A stretch of 63,666 nucleotides of DNA, filler included, from Folioceros fuciformis (lineage: Eukaryota): the NCBI GenBank assembly GCA_049999805.1. It is 8 parts of 8 records of this genome, joined end to end, with 100 filler letters (N's around TTAATTAATTAA, not from the genome) between each part and the next. Parts side by side here need not be neighbours in the genome. Positions count along the whole stretch, not along the records: positions 1 to 11,227 come from JBNGIO010005521.1; positions 11,328 to 26,369 come from JBNGIO010005523.1; 6 more parts are not named here. One strand, given 5' to 3'. Below, piece after piece: positions 1-12,819 of this stretch (its first letter is position 1; each line of letters opens with the position of its first letter). The notes under the pieces were generated by a model that worked only from the letters and a program-made list of their open reading frames with translations, was not told the origin of the DNA and ran no database searches. A program made the translations under genes and the position numbers.

Positions 1-29
1 GCATGGGCTAGCGCAGGCCCGCCCGCGTG

Positions 30-518
30 ATGGACATCATATTCGGGATTCTCGTGAATCTGGACCTTGCAAGTCTGGTTTGACGCATTCAGTGCTTGGA
101 TGAGATTGCAGATCTCACTTTTGTTGTTCGGGAGAGCTCGCAAGTATCAAGCTCAGAGCATGAGCAAGCTGGCACTCTTGTTTTGACGAGGTTGATTCTT
201 GCAGGATGAAGGAGGATTTTGGACGTGGAGTCTGGAGTAAATTGTCTCAGACTGAGTGGGGACGGGTTTGTGAGTCTGTGCTGGCCTTGGAACTCCTGGT
301 GCAAGATGATGAATATGTTTCAGATTCTGTTTTCTATCGGGTTCTCAAGGGATGTATTGGGAGGAAAGATCTGATTGCAGCAGCAGGTGGCCAGGCAGCT
401 CTTGAAGGATGAAGAGGCTGAGCTTATGAGGGGCAGGAAACAGAATCAGGAGCAGCTGCAAGCGCTGGATAAGGTGACCAAGAATATTACCGAATTGCGT
501 GAAGAGCAGGATTGTTGA
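30..518 (+). pseudogene. Degenerate coiled-coil gene 3' end, possibly a dynamin/Mx-like GED domain
   Basis: Frameshifted reading ...EYVSDSVFYRVLKGCIG... then QLLKDEEAELMRGRKQNQEQLQALDKVTKNITEL* resembles the terminal GED helix pattern. Stops and frameshifts present. Pattern recognition only. Confidence 0.3.
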
Positions 519-1295
519 TGTGGAATGTGACTATGGAACTGTTTCCAATTGCCATGATTTCCCCGGAGCAGAAAGTAAGCATGTCCGAAACCTTGACAGT
601 TGTGGGGGATAGTGTTTCTGATGAAGGACCAACTCTGCTGAAGGGTGCTAAAAGTGCCATTTCTCATTGGAAACCAAGGAGGCCTCGCTGTAACCGGGCC
701 GCACAGAGCACAATGGAGGTCGGAAAGATCCCCCCTGTGTATGGTCTAGGGTTTTGGGGATCACAGGAGTAGCATTGACCCCTTGATAAGTGTCAAAGAG
801 ACTTGAAAGAGACTTGATCTGGAATCCGAGACGACTGAAGGTCTACTTTGGAACCACAGCCTCGAACATGTACAGATGTATGTCTCCCCGACTGATCACT
901 CACAGTCCTTTATGAATGGCGTGTCGAGTTGGGTTCCGGTGAGCCGGTTCATGGGCGGTGATTTGAAATCGTATGGCCCGTAAGTGGCCCCCACCATTTC
1001 CCAGACCATATTTAGCTCGCCTTGCTGCTCTGGGTAAGGTTGTGGTAACTCGGCTTTCTACTTTGGGGAAGGTTCTGGTAGCTCGGTTCCGCTTTCGATT
1101 GATTTTAGGGGCCCGGGGGTGCTCCTACCTGGTTACCTGCTTCGGGTAAGGTTTTGGTAGCTCGGTTCGGGTTTGTCGCTGGTTTCTAGGGTTCCGGGAC
1201 TGCTTGAGGCTGGTTCTGACGGCTGGTCTCTGCTGTACAGACCTTTGTCTCCTCTCCCTGGCCTAACCCCTTAGGACGCTGATTTGATGTATAGA

Positions 1296-2031
1296 ATGGC
1301 TCCTATGGCTCAAGACAACGAGAACCGCCTGAGTTCCATGTTCTATCATAGGGTCTTGTGTTTGATGTGTTTAAAAACTTAGATGAGACTCACCTGACCA
1401 GAGCCCTAGCTATCGGGGAACATATCTCTCAGCTCGAGAGCACTGTCCAAGAGACTCTTGTTAGGAGTTCTATGAAAGACAAACTCATCCAAGAGACTCT
1501 TGCTGAGGGTTCTGTGAAAGACAGACTCTTCGGAACTCTGGAGGAACCTGTAGTAGGGGTCCGAACTCTGGAGGAGGAACATGTGGTAAGGGTCCGAACT
1601 ATGGAGGAAGATGTGGTAAGGGTTTTGGAGGAACAGGTGCGGGATCTGTGCCTCAAGTTAGTACAGAGCAAGGGGCTTACAACGCTCCAAGGTTTGTGGG
1701 AACATATTCAGGAGGAGCTCATTATTGCTCATGCTTTGGAGGATAGGGATTGGTTGAAGAACTGGAAGGAGATCTTACATTCGAATAAGCCTCTGCAAGA
1801 TTGCTTAGAGGCTTCAACTGGATGGATCCGCCGGTACAAGCAGCAAAGCTCGTTCAGATCTATAGGGTCTTGTTAGAGCATATTCATCAAGAAAAATCAA
1901 GGTTAAGGTTTGAGTTAAGTCGACCAAGCGGGTACATTCTCCTTGACCAACATCATCCATTGACATTCGACCAGGCATTGGCTACCATATGTGTAGCTTT
2001 TAGCTTAGGTTTGAATGTTAGACTTAGTTAG
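1296..2031 (+). pseudogene. Frameshifted orphan ORF: coiled-coil N-terminal region plus helical C-terminal domain with IYRVLxEHIH motif
   Basis: ORFs 1358-1876 and 1801-2031 join by a frameshift near 1825. Upstream ATG at 1296 is in another frame. Internal LEEx(x)VVRVRT repeats. Confidence 0.45.
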
Positions 2032-2122
2032 ACTCTGGCTTAGTTTGGCTACAAACTACTTAAGGTAAAGCAGTACCCAGTGATGGAGGGTGCTCCACAC
2101 TTGTGAGTGTAACATCATGGAT

Positions 2123-2248
2123 GCCGTGCAAACACAATTGGCCGTGCAAACACAAGAGACCGTGCAAACACAAGAGGCTGTGCAAACACAAGAGGCCGTG
2201 CAAACACAAGAGACCGTGCAAACACAAGAGGCCGTGCAAACACAAGAG
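2123..2248. repeat. 18-bp minisatellite x7 (GCCGTGCAAACACAAGAG)
   Basis: Seven adjacent near-identical units read directly; explains the AVQTQE ORF. Confidence 0.95.
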
Positions 2249-2318
2249 ACTAAGGTGATGGCCCAAGTGAGCGATGCACAGCTAGATGATCAACTTCTAC
2301 CATACCACCTCCAGGGCA

Positions 2319-2492
2319 GGAAAGGTATGAGTCAGATGGAGCTGGAAGATGAGGTCCAAATAGACCTGAAGCGAGCAACCAGGGAGAGGAGTTTACCAAG
2401 GTGGGAGGAAGGGTATGAGTCAAATGGAGCTGGAAGATGAGGTCCAAATAGACCTGAAGTGAGCAACCGGGGAGGGGAGTTTACCAAGGTGG
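2319..2492. repeat. 88-bp tandem duplication
   Basis: GGTATGAGTCA.ATGGAGCTGGAAGATGAGGTCCAAATAGACCTGAAG...GGAGTTTACCAAGGTGG occurs twice. Confidence 0.9.
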
Positions 2493-2539
2493 CTGACAAC
2501 ACGAGGAAGCAGAAAAGGGTGCTACACCTTACTAGTCCA

Positions 2540-2910
2540 AGCATGCTCGAAACTGCCAAATTGCCACTACATGTTTATCAAACTGTTGGCGGCGACCACA
2601 CCACTTTGATACCTTGTTTCATAATTTCTACATGAAGCAGCTTTCCTTTCTTCAAGGCAACGGTGCCTACAATTGCACATGCTTGCCTACAAGAGGCATA
2701 CAAATGTCACATGCATGGCTACAGCCTTTCCTTGTTCTTGCATAATACTGTGAAGGTGAAGAGCCCTTTCCTTGTTCTTGCATAATACTGTAAAGGTGAA
2801 GAGCCCTTTCCTTGTTCTTGCATAATACTGTAAAGGTGAAGAGCTTCCTGCAGCAAGCCTTGCTGTGAATATCCTAAAATGAGAACAGTCCGTGTCACCA
2901 CATCTTTGTG
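2540..2910 (-). pseudogene. PLS-class pentatricopeptide repeat (PPR) gene fragment
   Basis: P motif KDVVTRTVLILGYSQQGLLQEALHLYSIMQEQG, L motif HVTFVCLL*A/ACAIVGTVALKKGKLLHVEIMKQG, S-like VVAANS/LINM. Disrupted by stops, frameshifts and a 40-bp x3 expansion at 2723-2844. Confidence 0.8.
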
Positions 2911-2921
2911 ATGAAGTCCGT

Positions 2922-4026
2922 TGTCATGCCCAAAAATTATGGTCCTGAAAAAGGGCATCTTTCGGTATTTCGATTTTTGCTAAACTATGCGACGGTCCAA
3001 AAATTGCTTAGGATCGCATCTTCCGTCTCGGACCGGAGTGGTTTTCCTACTAAGTCTGTTGCGACACCGGACTAAGACCATGTATGAGAGCCCGAAGTGC
3101 AACTTGGATCGGGCTGTGCTTTCGGCTCCGGGATAACTGAATTCAGCCGGACTCGGACCTGAGCTGGTTGCCGGAGTCAGCTTCGGGCCTCGACTTCTGG
3201 ACTCCGGCCAGAGAGTGGAGATGAGACGGCGTCCCCAACACCTGCGACGGACGACTGAGATCGGTCGTGGATCTGGGTGCGGCTGGAAGACTGGGCGGTA
3301 GTGAGCTGTGGAGTCGGCAGGCGGCCATGTCCGAGATCGAGCAAGTGTTGATTGCCGTTTGCAAGACTCACAAGTTGCCCAGAAGGTGACTTGCTTTGGG
3401 ATGAAGCACGCGGTGGATTGGTGGGCGCTGGGGATTCTGCTCTACGAGATGTTGTACGGGCGGACGTCATTCTGTGGTCGGAAGCCGGCACTCTGCCTCT
3501 CCGCGCAGCCATGACCATACCAAGAACGACCCCCGTAGCCGAAGTTTCAAGGTGGACAGTGACCGTGACAGAAGACCCCACCTGCAGCGTTACTCTGACA
3601 AGAGTGCTTGCAGTAAGGTGATGTAGGTGCTGGACAAGGGTAGGGCGGTGGCACTGGCTGCATCCGCTGGTTCCATGTCCGTGGTGGGGGACGCTTAGGT
3701 GTGGGAGATCAAGTCGAGATTCGGGCCTCGATGGGGCAGGCACCACAATGGTGTCGATTTGGCCGCCCCCACCTCGCTGCGGATGCCAAGGCAGTCGCGT
3801 TCATGGGATGGGAACGCAGCGGCTATGGCTACCTTGTGGAGATCACACAGAGCAATGGCCGGAATGTGAAAGAGTGCAACTCTAGCCCACTAAATTAGGC
3901 ATACGGTTTGTGACGTTTCATATAAGACATAAGACAGCTTCTGTTGTATTTTCTAACTACTTCAATTATGAAAAGCATGGTGTGCAAGTCTCGTACAACT
4001 TTTGCTTTGTCAGTTGGTATCAGAGC
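2922..4026 (+). mobile_element. Putative 5' LTR (~1.09 kb) followed by tRNA-iMet primer-binding site
   Basis: Starts TGTCATGCCC where the PPR is truncated, ends TTTGTCA at 4012, then GT and perfect PBS TGGTATCAGAGC at 4015-4026. The PBS is certain; the left boundary is inferred. Confidence 0.5.
3407..3484 (+). pseudogene. Isolated AGC-VIII (phototropin/OXI1-like) kinase subdomain IX fragment
   Basis: [26 protein letters not shown] closely matches phototropin-type (A)[23 protein letters not shown]. No other kinase subdomains are visible nearby. Confidence 0.75.
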
Positions 4027-4778
4027 CGGCAGATGTATGGGCTGTGAATGTCCATAATCTCTGGATGCTTGATCTGCCAATGTCTATGATGCTGCGCATC
4101 GCGTGCGCGCTGTTTGCTTCTCTTACTGACTTAAAAAATGCGTAGAAGACGGAGAGACGCACGGCGCGTGGCCCCTCCCATTTCGCAGCTGCCAAGGGTG
4201 ATCAAGGGAGGGTCACTACCCATCGAAATTGGGTACCCCGTGCTAGGGAATAGGGCCGGACAAGTCTCTCTGAAATTCTTAGTGAAAGGAGACAGTTTCT
4301 GCGTTGGGAGAATCCTAACAACAAAATTGCAGCATGGGAACAACACGGCCTTACCTTGCCCAGGCAAGGAGATGTGCCTTCCTATATCAATCCCAAAGCA
4401 ATGGTTCATTGCTTCAATGAGATCAGTGAAAGGATCAATGTTGTAATCTGTATGCTTGAGAGCCTGCAACAATCGAGAGATGAAACCCTAAATGTTCGAA
4501 GGCCACAGACGCCTCCACCACCTGAAAATTGGAACGATAAAACTTGAACGTTGCATCGTTTGGAGCCACGAGACATGCCTGCCAGAGAAGGTCACGTCTG
4601 TTGGTGATAAATTGGCTTCATGTGAAGCTTGATAACCATGCAAGTTACTAAATAATCAACCAAGTGGTGCCAAAATACCTAGAAGGTTGTTGCTATAGCT
4701 GGTGTTGTGAGGATCATAATTCTCACAGTCCACCTACAGGCATAATAGGGTAGGTATTAACACACTTCTTCCGCTGCA

Positions 4779-7260
4779 ATGGCAACTAACACAGCCAACA
4801 TATCAGGAGTGGATTATAGAGATCGATTCAATGGAACCAAGTATAACATTTGGACAATCTGAATGAAGTCTACACGTGAGTTCAAAGAGGTATGGCAGTA
4901 CGTGGATGGTTCCTTCCCTAGTCCCACACTAACTGCAGCCTCAACCTCTACGGCCACAACAAGCACGGCAGCTGTCACTCAACCTGATGTAGACCTCTGG
5001 AACCGTGGAGATAGGACTGCAAAGCATTTGATCATCAATGCTTTAGATGAAAGCATGATGGATCATGCTGTAGGATACAACACATCCAAAGAGATTTGGG
5101 ATGGTCTGGCTAATCTCTACCAAGTTCAGAACGTCATGACCCTTGTAGAAGCAAGGATGAATTTTCACTTCTTTGCGTTTGAAAGAAAAGAAGAGTGTTT
5201 CGGCTTACCTAGGAAAATTTAGGTACCTCCGGAGGTTCACAACTCTCACTCCTCGGCTCTAAGATGACAGAGCTGGATGCCATTGCACAACTGCTGGCTA
5301 GTCTCCCTCAAAGTAGGGAGAGTTTTGCTTCACAACAAAACGGGACCCTACAAATAGCTTCGGCTGTTGTCGCAACGGGTGGATCTTCAACACTCACAAT
5401 TGCAGGTCTATCAGCTTCAATGCTGCAAGAGGAGACCAGGAGAAGACTGAGCGTAGTTTTATATTCAACTGTGAATTCTAACAAAGTGCTCTTGGCTGAA
5501 AGGAAGCCCAAATGGAGTACGAAGGGAGGGCAGGGCAAGCCTGCTAGCAGTAGCTACAACAAAGGTGATAAGAAGAAGAAGAAAGGAGCATGCAATTGGT
5601 GTCTAATTGAAGGGCATTGGGAGTATGACTACCGTAAGAAAAGGGCAGGTGAACCACGCAGGAACAAGCCTCACGAAACACATGTTGCTGAATCGACAAG
5701 CAGGTCTGTACCTTCAATTATGACAGTCTGCTTCCTTTCTACTCGTACATCATCCTCTTTGTGGTACTTGGACTCCGGAGCATCTGCTCACATATGCAAC
5801 AAGATGAGTTGCTTCAAAACATTTGCTGCTGATTCCTCAGGGCAAGTTGTTATAGTGGCTAACAACATATCAGTTGCTGTGAAGGGCAAAGGGACAGTGA
5901 TTTTACACACCTCTGTAGGAATAGATTTACACCTACGGGATGTCCTCTACGTACCCTGCATGACCAAAAACCTGGTTTTAATGAAGGCCCTTACCTCTAA
6001 CAACCATGTCACCTTCCTGTTTACGAGACAGGGCTGCAGGGTATTCCAGGGTGACACAACTGATCAATGCATTGCTGAAGGAACAGCGCAGGACGACTTG
6101 TATGTATTACAACTCTTACCTGCGGGCTCTTGTACCACCCCGTCGAGTGGGAGTAATGTTGCTTGTGTGGCAGACTCTTTTTCTTTGAGAACACTCTTAT
6201 GGCACATGCATTTTGGCCACATGAATCTCCCAAAACTTCTGCGTCACACACGGGCTGATTATTTTAGAACAAGTGAAGGTCTCCCCAAATTAGGGAAACA
6301 AATGCAAGTCTATGAGTCTTGTGTTATGGGTAAGCACAAGCAAGTCCCCTTCACCAACAGTAACCCTACAAGAGCAACCAGCCTGTTAGAATTGTTACAT
6401 GCAGACATATGTGGACCGCTAAGTGAACCTTCACTAGGTGGAGCAGAGTTTTACCTGGTCATCGTTGACAATTACAGTAGGTTCACTCACACCTATTCAC
6501 TAAAGAGGAAAAGTGAAGCATTCACTATCTTCCATTGTTTTGTTCAGTGAAGCATTCAAAACAATGGCTGAATCATACATAGGATCCAAAGTTCGCTACT
6601 TACGGACAGATAATGGGGGTGAGTTCAGCTCCAATGCTTTTAAGGGCTGGTGTAAAGCTCATGGAATCATGCGTCAATACACGGTACCTTATACATCCCA
6701 ACAGAATGGGACAGCTGAGAAGAAGATTGGAGACATTGCCAGCGCAGCAAGGACAATGCTCTATGCCTCCAATCTCCCCAAGCCCTATTGGGCTGAGGCT
6801 GCCGTAACAGCCACCTACGTCATGAACAGGATGCACACATCAGCCATTCCGTTAGGGACAACACCATTTGAGTTGTAGCATAAGAGAAAACTAGGATTGG
6901 CTCACCTAAGAGTTTTTGGTTGCACTGCTTGGGCCCTTGTTCCCCTTCAGGGAAGGCCTAAGTTAGCAGAAAGGGCAACCAAGCACATCTTCGTCAGTTA
7001 TGGAGATCAGGTGAAAGCATAGAAACTGTGTTCTCCCTCCACCCTTCAACTGACATATGCCAAGAGCGTTGTCTTCAACGAAGCTCCTGTCATAGAGCGT
7101 GCTGTGGGAGTTTCAACTGCAATTGGAGACTCAAGCCAGCAGCCATCACGGGGATTTATCACTACACAACCACATTCGTTCATGGGAGGAAAAAGTTTGG
7201 ATTCTTACACATATCCTGATGACGATAATCCCGATGATGATGATGACAACCTCGATCCCA
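4779..7260 (+). mobile_element. Ty1/copia retrotransposon remnant (gag, zinc knuckle, protease, integrase; RT missing)
   Basis: Gag N-terminus RFNGTKYNIW, CNWCLIEGHW knuckle, WYLDSGAS protease, LWHMHFGH, ELLHADICGP, LRTDNGGEF, QQNGTAE. Several stops and frameshifts. Confidence 0.95.
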
Positions 7261-7846
7261 GTGCTGGTTTCCACCTACCCACTACAGGTGTTTTCTGTGG
7301 TTTTCAACCGGCCTTCATTGATCACAGCCGTGATCTGGCTCACCGCAATTTTGGCTTGTATCCCCTTGCCCATGAACCGGCAGAATATGCCGATGTTGAG
7401 GAGGAGTTGCAAGACAGCGCGGCATTGCCACATTCGGCCCTTGCACCCGTGCCTCACGGACAGGGAGGTCGTCGCGATGAAGGGCAGGCCCCTGTCCTCC
7501 CCCTCAACCCAGGACCGGGACGACATGCTGTAGACAAAAATATTCGCGAACCCCTTTTTGAGCGACGAATTTGGGTGGGTTTGGATTTTTTTTTTGGAAG
7601 TGTGAGTGAAACAGCCTAGGTTGAGAATAAGACTTGGGTATTTATACCCAAAGTCTCCTTGGACCATGATACTTTGGACGAATCGGTGGCCAGACCAAGT
7701 GTCTGGGGGTGGCTGGACGTCCTTGGCCTTTGGCGGAGAGGGGGGGTACCAGGAGGTCTATATATGCACCCCTCTCCCCCTAAAAATAAGAAATAAGAAA
7801 GGAACCTGGGAGTAGGTAGTTGTGGACTTAGGCTGGAAAATAGGGA

Positions 7847-10800
7847 TGTTGTGACTCGGCGACAGGAGGTAGCCGAAGTTAGTTGGAAGACTACATGCGG
7901 AAGCGTGTCTTCAAACATAAAGTTTTAATTAAGAAGAATAATTTAGATGTACACTTAGTTGTCCTTGTATGGGCATCACCCCAAAGGATGTGTCCTTTCA
8001 CTAGCCTAGATTATTAACCTAACAATTACTTTGCTAAGCTAACATGACCTAGGATTACAAAACTCAAGTGGACTGCTATCTCTTCTAACTCTCCCTCTCA
8101 GTCACGTTGAGGTTATGAGAGCTCTAACAAAGACCAATGGTTGGTAAGTTTGTTGCTAGAAGCTATCTACTTCAGCTCGGCTGTCAAATCTTCCAGTCGC
8201 TAGCACTGTCAAGAAGTCTGTCGCTGGCGACAACCCCCCACAGTAGTGCACTAGTCATGACTAGAACAAAAGTAATATTCTAGTTACAGTTACCCTTGCA
8301 CTTGATGGAGTCAGAAGGGATATCATTACCACGTCTTCAAGTTTTCTTGAGAAACATAACTACTACAGTCTACAAGACCAAGTCCTTCCCTATGAAAACA
8401 ATGTCTGAACTTAGGAAGTGACTTTGTCAAAACATCAGCCATATTTAGATCTGTAGGCACATACTGAATCTTTACTAAGCCCCTCTCAACAGCATCTCTG
8501 ACATAATGATGTTGAATCTCGATGTGCTTAGTGCGGGCATGAAACACAGGATTAGTCACCATAGCAATGGCTGACATATTATCATAGTTGAGGATGGTGG
8601 GGCCCTTTTGAAGCATTCCCAGATCCTCACATAACTTCCTTTCCCACTCAGCCTCCTTTGTAGCTTCTGTCAAAGCTTTGTACTCTGACTCAGTAGAAGA
8701 CATAGAGATAGAGGCTTGTTTCCTGCAGGACCAATTTATCACTGTGGAACCAGCAAGGAAACAATATGCTAAGAGACTTTTGCAAGTATCAGCATCAGAA
8801 GCCCAATCAGCATCTACGTAACAACTTAGCTGTAGATGCTTCTTCCCGCTAGGTTTGTAGCAGAGACCAAAATTAGGAGTACCCTTAAGGTATCGCATTA
8901 TTCTTTTGACTGCAACCCAATGGTCTCTTCCTGGATTCTCAGAGAATTGAGCAACTGCATTCACAGTGTTAGATATGTCTAGTCTAGTCCAGTTGCTTAG
9001 GAACATGAGCGTACCAACTGCCATTCGATATGGCACACTCTCCATCTCCTTCTTATCCTCATCAGACTATGGACGGGATGACGAAGACAACTTGACACCA
9101 CCAACAACACCTGGAGTGGCAGCTGCTCGTGCATTTACTAGATTAAAGTTCTTCAACATTCCTGCTACATATCTCCCCTGATGAAGATAGATTGCTCCAG
9201 TGGACCTATCTTTATGTACATGCATCCCAAGAATGTACTTAACTTGACCAAGGTCTTTCATCTCAAACTCTTTACTAAGATCAACCTTGATCTGATTAAC
9301 CAGCTCCACATTGTTACCTGGAATGACCAAGTCATCCACATATAACGCTATTAACACAAGTGAACTGTCTTTTCGCAGTACATAGAGATTGGTATCCACT
9401 TCACTTTGCACAAAGCCAATCTTCTTTAGGTATGTGTCGATTCACTTGTACCAAAGGCGTGGGCTTTGCTTGAGCCCATATATGGAACGTAGAAGTTTAC
9501 ACACCTTATGAGGATATTTCTTGTCCTCATATTCCTCAGGTTGATCCATATAGATTTCTTCTTCTAAATGACCATACAGGAAGGCTGTGCAAACATCCAG
9601 TTGATAGATGGTAAGGTTGAGTTCAGCGCACAGGGCTAGAAGCATCCTTATAGACGGTGCTTTGACTACAGGTGAGTAAACCTGGTCACCCTGATAGTCT
9701 ACTCCCTCTCGCTGGCTATAACCCTTAGCCACTAACCTAGCTCTGTATCTTATCCGAGGCTCTACCACTTGAAACTTGGTTTTTAGTACCCACTTACACT
9801 TGACTGTAGTCCTGCCTGCAGGAAGATCTACTAATTGCCAAGTGTTGTTTTTGACTAGAGAGTTGTACTCATCGTCAATAGCTAATTTCCACTTATCAGC
9901 ATTCGGTCTAGAGTATGCTTCTTGGAGTGTGAGAGGATCTCCCTCTGAAAGAGCAGAGCTTACAGCAAGAGAATACACAGTGGGATAAATACCAATATAT
10001 CTCGCTTGATTATATTTTATATCAAAAGGTTTTTCACCCCACAAATGTCTTGGCTGTCTCTGACGAGAAGGATACCTGCGCTCTAGAACACTATCACCTG
10101 TCCTCGGCGGCGAAATGTGAACATCTGGTATAGGTATATCGTTAGGAGGATCCAGATCTGGAGTAGTACCTTCTACAGCTTCACCTTCATCTTCCCCCCC
10201 TTGAGCAGAAGCCGGAGAATCCGGAGCTGCTTGAGAGGAAGGATCCACTGTGGTGGAATCAGCAAGAAAGGACGAAGAAGTGAAGTCAAAGAAAACATAA
10301 TGATCGTCAAGAGAACGAGGGCTACTGATGGGAGAACTGTCATCCGCTTCGCCATCCAGAACAGGGCCATGAGATAGAACATAACCTTCATCAAAAGTCA
10401 TCGTTCGAGCATAGACCGGAGTATGAGAGTGTGTATCAATGAGCTTATAAGCCTTGCGGTCCTCCCCATAGCCTACAAATACAAGTTTCCGTGCTCGAGA
10501 CGAAAGCTTGTCACGTAATGAGAATGGGACATAGGCAAAGGCTGGAGAGCCAAAAACCCGAAGATGAGTAATAAGTGGCTTGTAACCAAACCAACATTCA
10601 AAAGGAGTACGGCCAGCTACTGCCTTTGTAAGAAGCCGGTTCTTGATATAAGTGGCTGTGGAGATAGCCTCAGCCCAAAATGACTTGGGTAAACGAGATT
10701 GGGCTAGCATTGCCCTGGCCATGGCCATAAGATCGCTATTGGCCTTCTCCGCAACGCCATTCTGAGGAGAAGTGTAGGGGACCGCAAATTGACGAGTAAT

Positions 10801-11227
10801 CCCACGTTCTTCACAGAATGCATGGAAGAGACTATTGTTGAGTTCACCGGCGGCATTGTCTGAACGAATGCACCGCAGCTTGCACCCGGTGTGCCACTCG
10901 GTCATCGAGACAAAAGGCTGGAACACAGCAAAAGAGTCACTTTTAAGATGCAGCGGATACGCAAAGGAATAACGGGAATAATCATCCACTATAGTCATAA
11001 AGTGGCGGGCTCCGCCTAAAGAAGTGACAGGAAGAGGTCCACACAGATCCACGTGAGCTAGTTCCAAGGGCTGAGACGCGCAGTGTGCAGGAAGCCTAGA
11101 GTATGGTGCACTTCTTTGCTTGGCCAACACACAGGCTTCACAGAAAGGTGGAGTCTTGGCCAAGGATGGTAACCTATCACGATAGAGATCCTGCATGGAC
11201 ATGGCAAGTAACTTGGCAGAATTAAGA
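7847..11227 (-). mobile_element. Ty1/copia pol (integrase-RT-RNase H) with PPT and probable ~245-bp 3' LTR; 5' end lost at scaffold edge
   Basis: HVDLCGP, IRSDN, ARLVAKGYSQ, LDVCTAFL, LYVDD, YVDADWA, RTKHIEI, ADVLTKSL. In-frame stops at 9442 and 9067. PPT TGAGAGGGAG at 8091-8100; LTR end ...CACAACA near 7847 is tentative. Confidence 0.95.
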
Positions 11228-11327
11228 NNNNNNNNNNNNNNNNNNNNNNNNNNNNNNNNNNNNNNNNNNNNTTAATTAATTAANNNNNNNNNNNNNNNNN
11301 NNNNNNNNNNNNNNNNNNNNNNNNNNN
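11228..11327. other. Artificial scaffold linker (N44-TTAATTAATTAA-N44)
   Basis: Identical 100-bp linker also at 26370-26469, 30786-30885, 39862-39961, 48763-48862, 60644-60743 and 62508-62607. It carries stop codons in all six frames. Confidence 0.98.
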
Positions 11328-12819
11328 TGTATGTAAAGTATAAGAGATAAAAGCTTATATAGTTGGGATCTATGGCCATCTCACATGTTTCTTCACCTTG
11401 GAGAATCTCTTGAGCATGCTTTTAGGTTGTTTTTGTGGGTGTCTATGTTAGCAAGTGGGGGGTTATCACATTTGATTCTTTTAGTGATTGCAATAGGAAA
11501 AGAGGAAACCAGTTTAGATATCTCAAGTCTTGGGGCCAAATGCTTAGTAGGCATTGAGAAGCCCATCTTAAGAGTTTGCTCCATTATAGTGGCCTAGGCT
11601 TCTTTTTTTTCAATCACTTAGATGTAGTAGTATTATAATAGGCAATAAAGGAATAAGTCGTTGCATCAAAGGTTCATAAGCACTCTCTAATGTACCAAAG
11701 CCATCTATGCGTCCTCTCACCATGGAGCCACATGATGATGATGCGTATGGATTTTTTCAAGGTTCTCAAGACATATTATGCAAAGGACTACTAAAGTGGT
11801 AAACGTGCATTTGGCTTTTGACTTTCGTCGACCAAACCTTGGGAAAGCACCTTTTTCTTAATACCCTAACCTCTAACCTTTGAAANNNNNNNNNNNNNNN
11901 NNNNNNNNNNNNNNNNNNNNNNNNNNNNNNNNNNNNNNNNNNNNNNNNNNNNNNNNNNNNNNNNNNNNNNNNNNNNNNNNNNNNNCTTTCAGCAATATTA
12001 ACACAATAAGGTATGAGACTTAAGACTTCATTAGTCTACATACATAGAAAGACACCACAAGTTTTAAATGCTTGTATCTACAAGCTTATAGTTGCACTCT
12101 TGTTTTATGTCTCACTTCATGGTGTTTAGATCAAAGAATGCCATCTAAAGTGATTCAAGTTTGTACACACAAATGAGTTTTTCTCAAAATCCAAATGGTA
12201 AATGGTCATTCTTATAATCTGCTTCTATTTTTGCTTGTTTTTAAAGGTGGTAAATAGTGCACACCATGCACTCTTCACAATGCAATTACATCGGGAACGA
12301 TATGACGAGACACGAATGGTTTAGATCTCCGTCCACGCATGATCATGAATGTCCATTCATACTCTTTGTTCTCAAAAACCCTTGTTTTCTACATGTATTC
12401 TGGAGGATGCGAATTCTACGGGGTTACATAGCGCATTCCAGTGCGCGCCCACCACGAGGCATGGTGTGCCCATGTGCATGCCATGCAAGATAGACCATCG
12501 TATTATGCTCACGGCCTCAGGTTAATTCCAAGCCACATTAACCGAGCACACCCTTCTTCTTCCTCCTCGTCATCTCTTGCCTTGGGCTCTCGGCAAACAT
12601 GTCCACAAAAGCACCATGCATAGGTTGGTGCCATGAGTCCTTGCTCTTCTTCTCCTTGCGATCGGGCCAGATGTTGATCCTTGAGGGGTGTCTTGGACTG
12701 CTACTTGGACTTTGTATGTGTTGCCAACATCTGCTGCATCTTCATGAAAATCTTGTTGTTCTTTCGATGCCTTGCATGGACCTCTACAGTATGCATAATA
12801 TTGTCTTTCTCGATTGCAG

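Noticed and set aside
2090..2440. 116-aa AVQTQE-repeat protein
   Set aside because: Open only because of the 18-bp minisatellite; the following 88-bp duplication breaks frame.
7275..7667. Minus-strand ORF between two copia remnants
   Set aside because: No recognisable homology in any frame; cannot be supported.
11272..11283. Recurrent palindrome TTAATTAATTAA (7 times)
   Set aside because: Always centred in exactly 44+44 Ns; it is a scaffold-joining linker, not biology.
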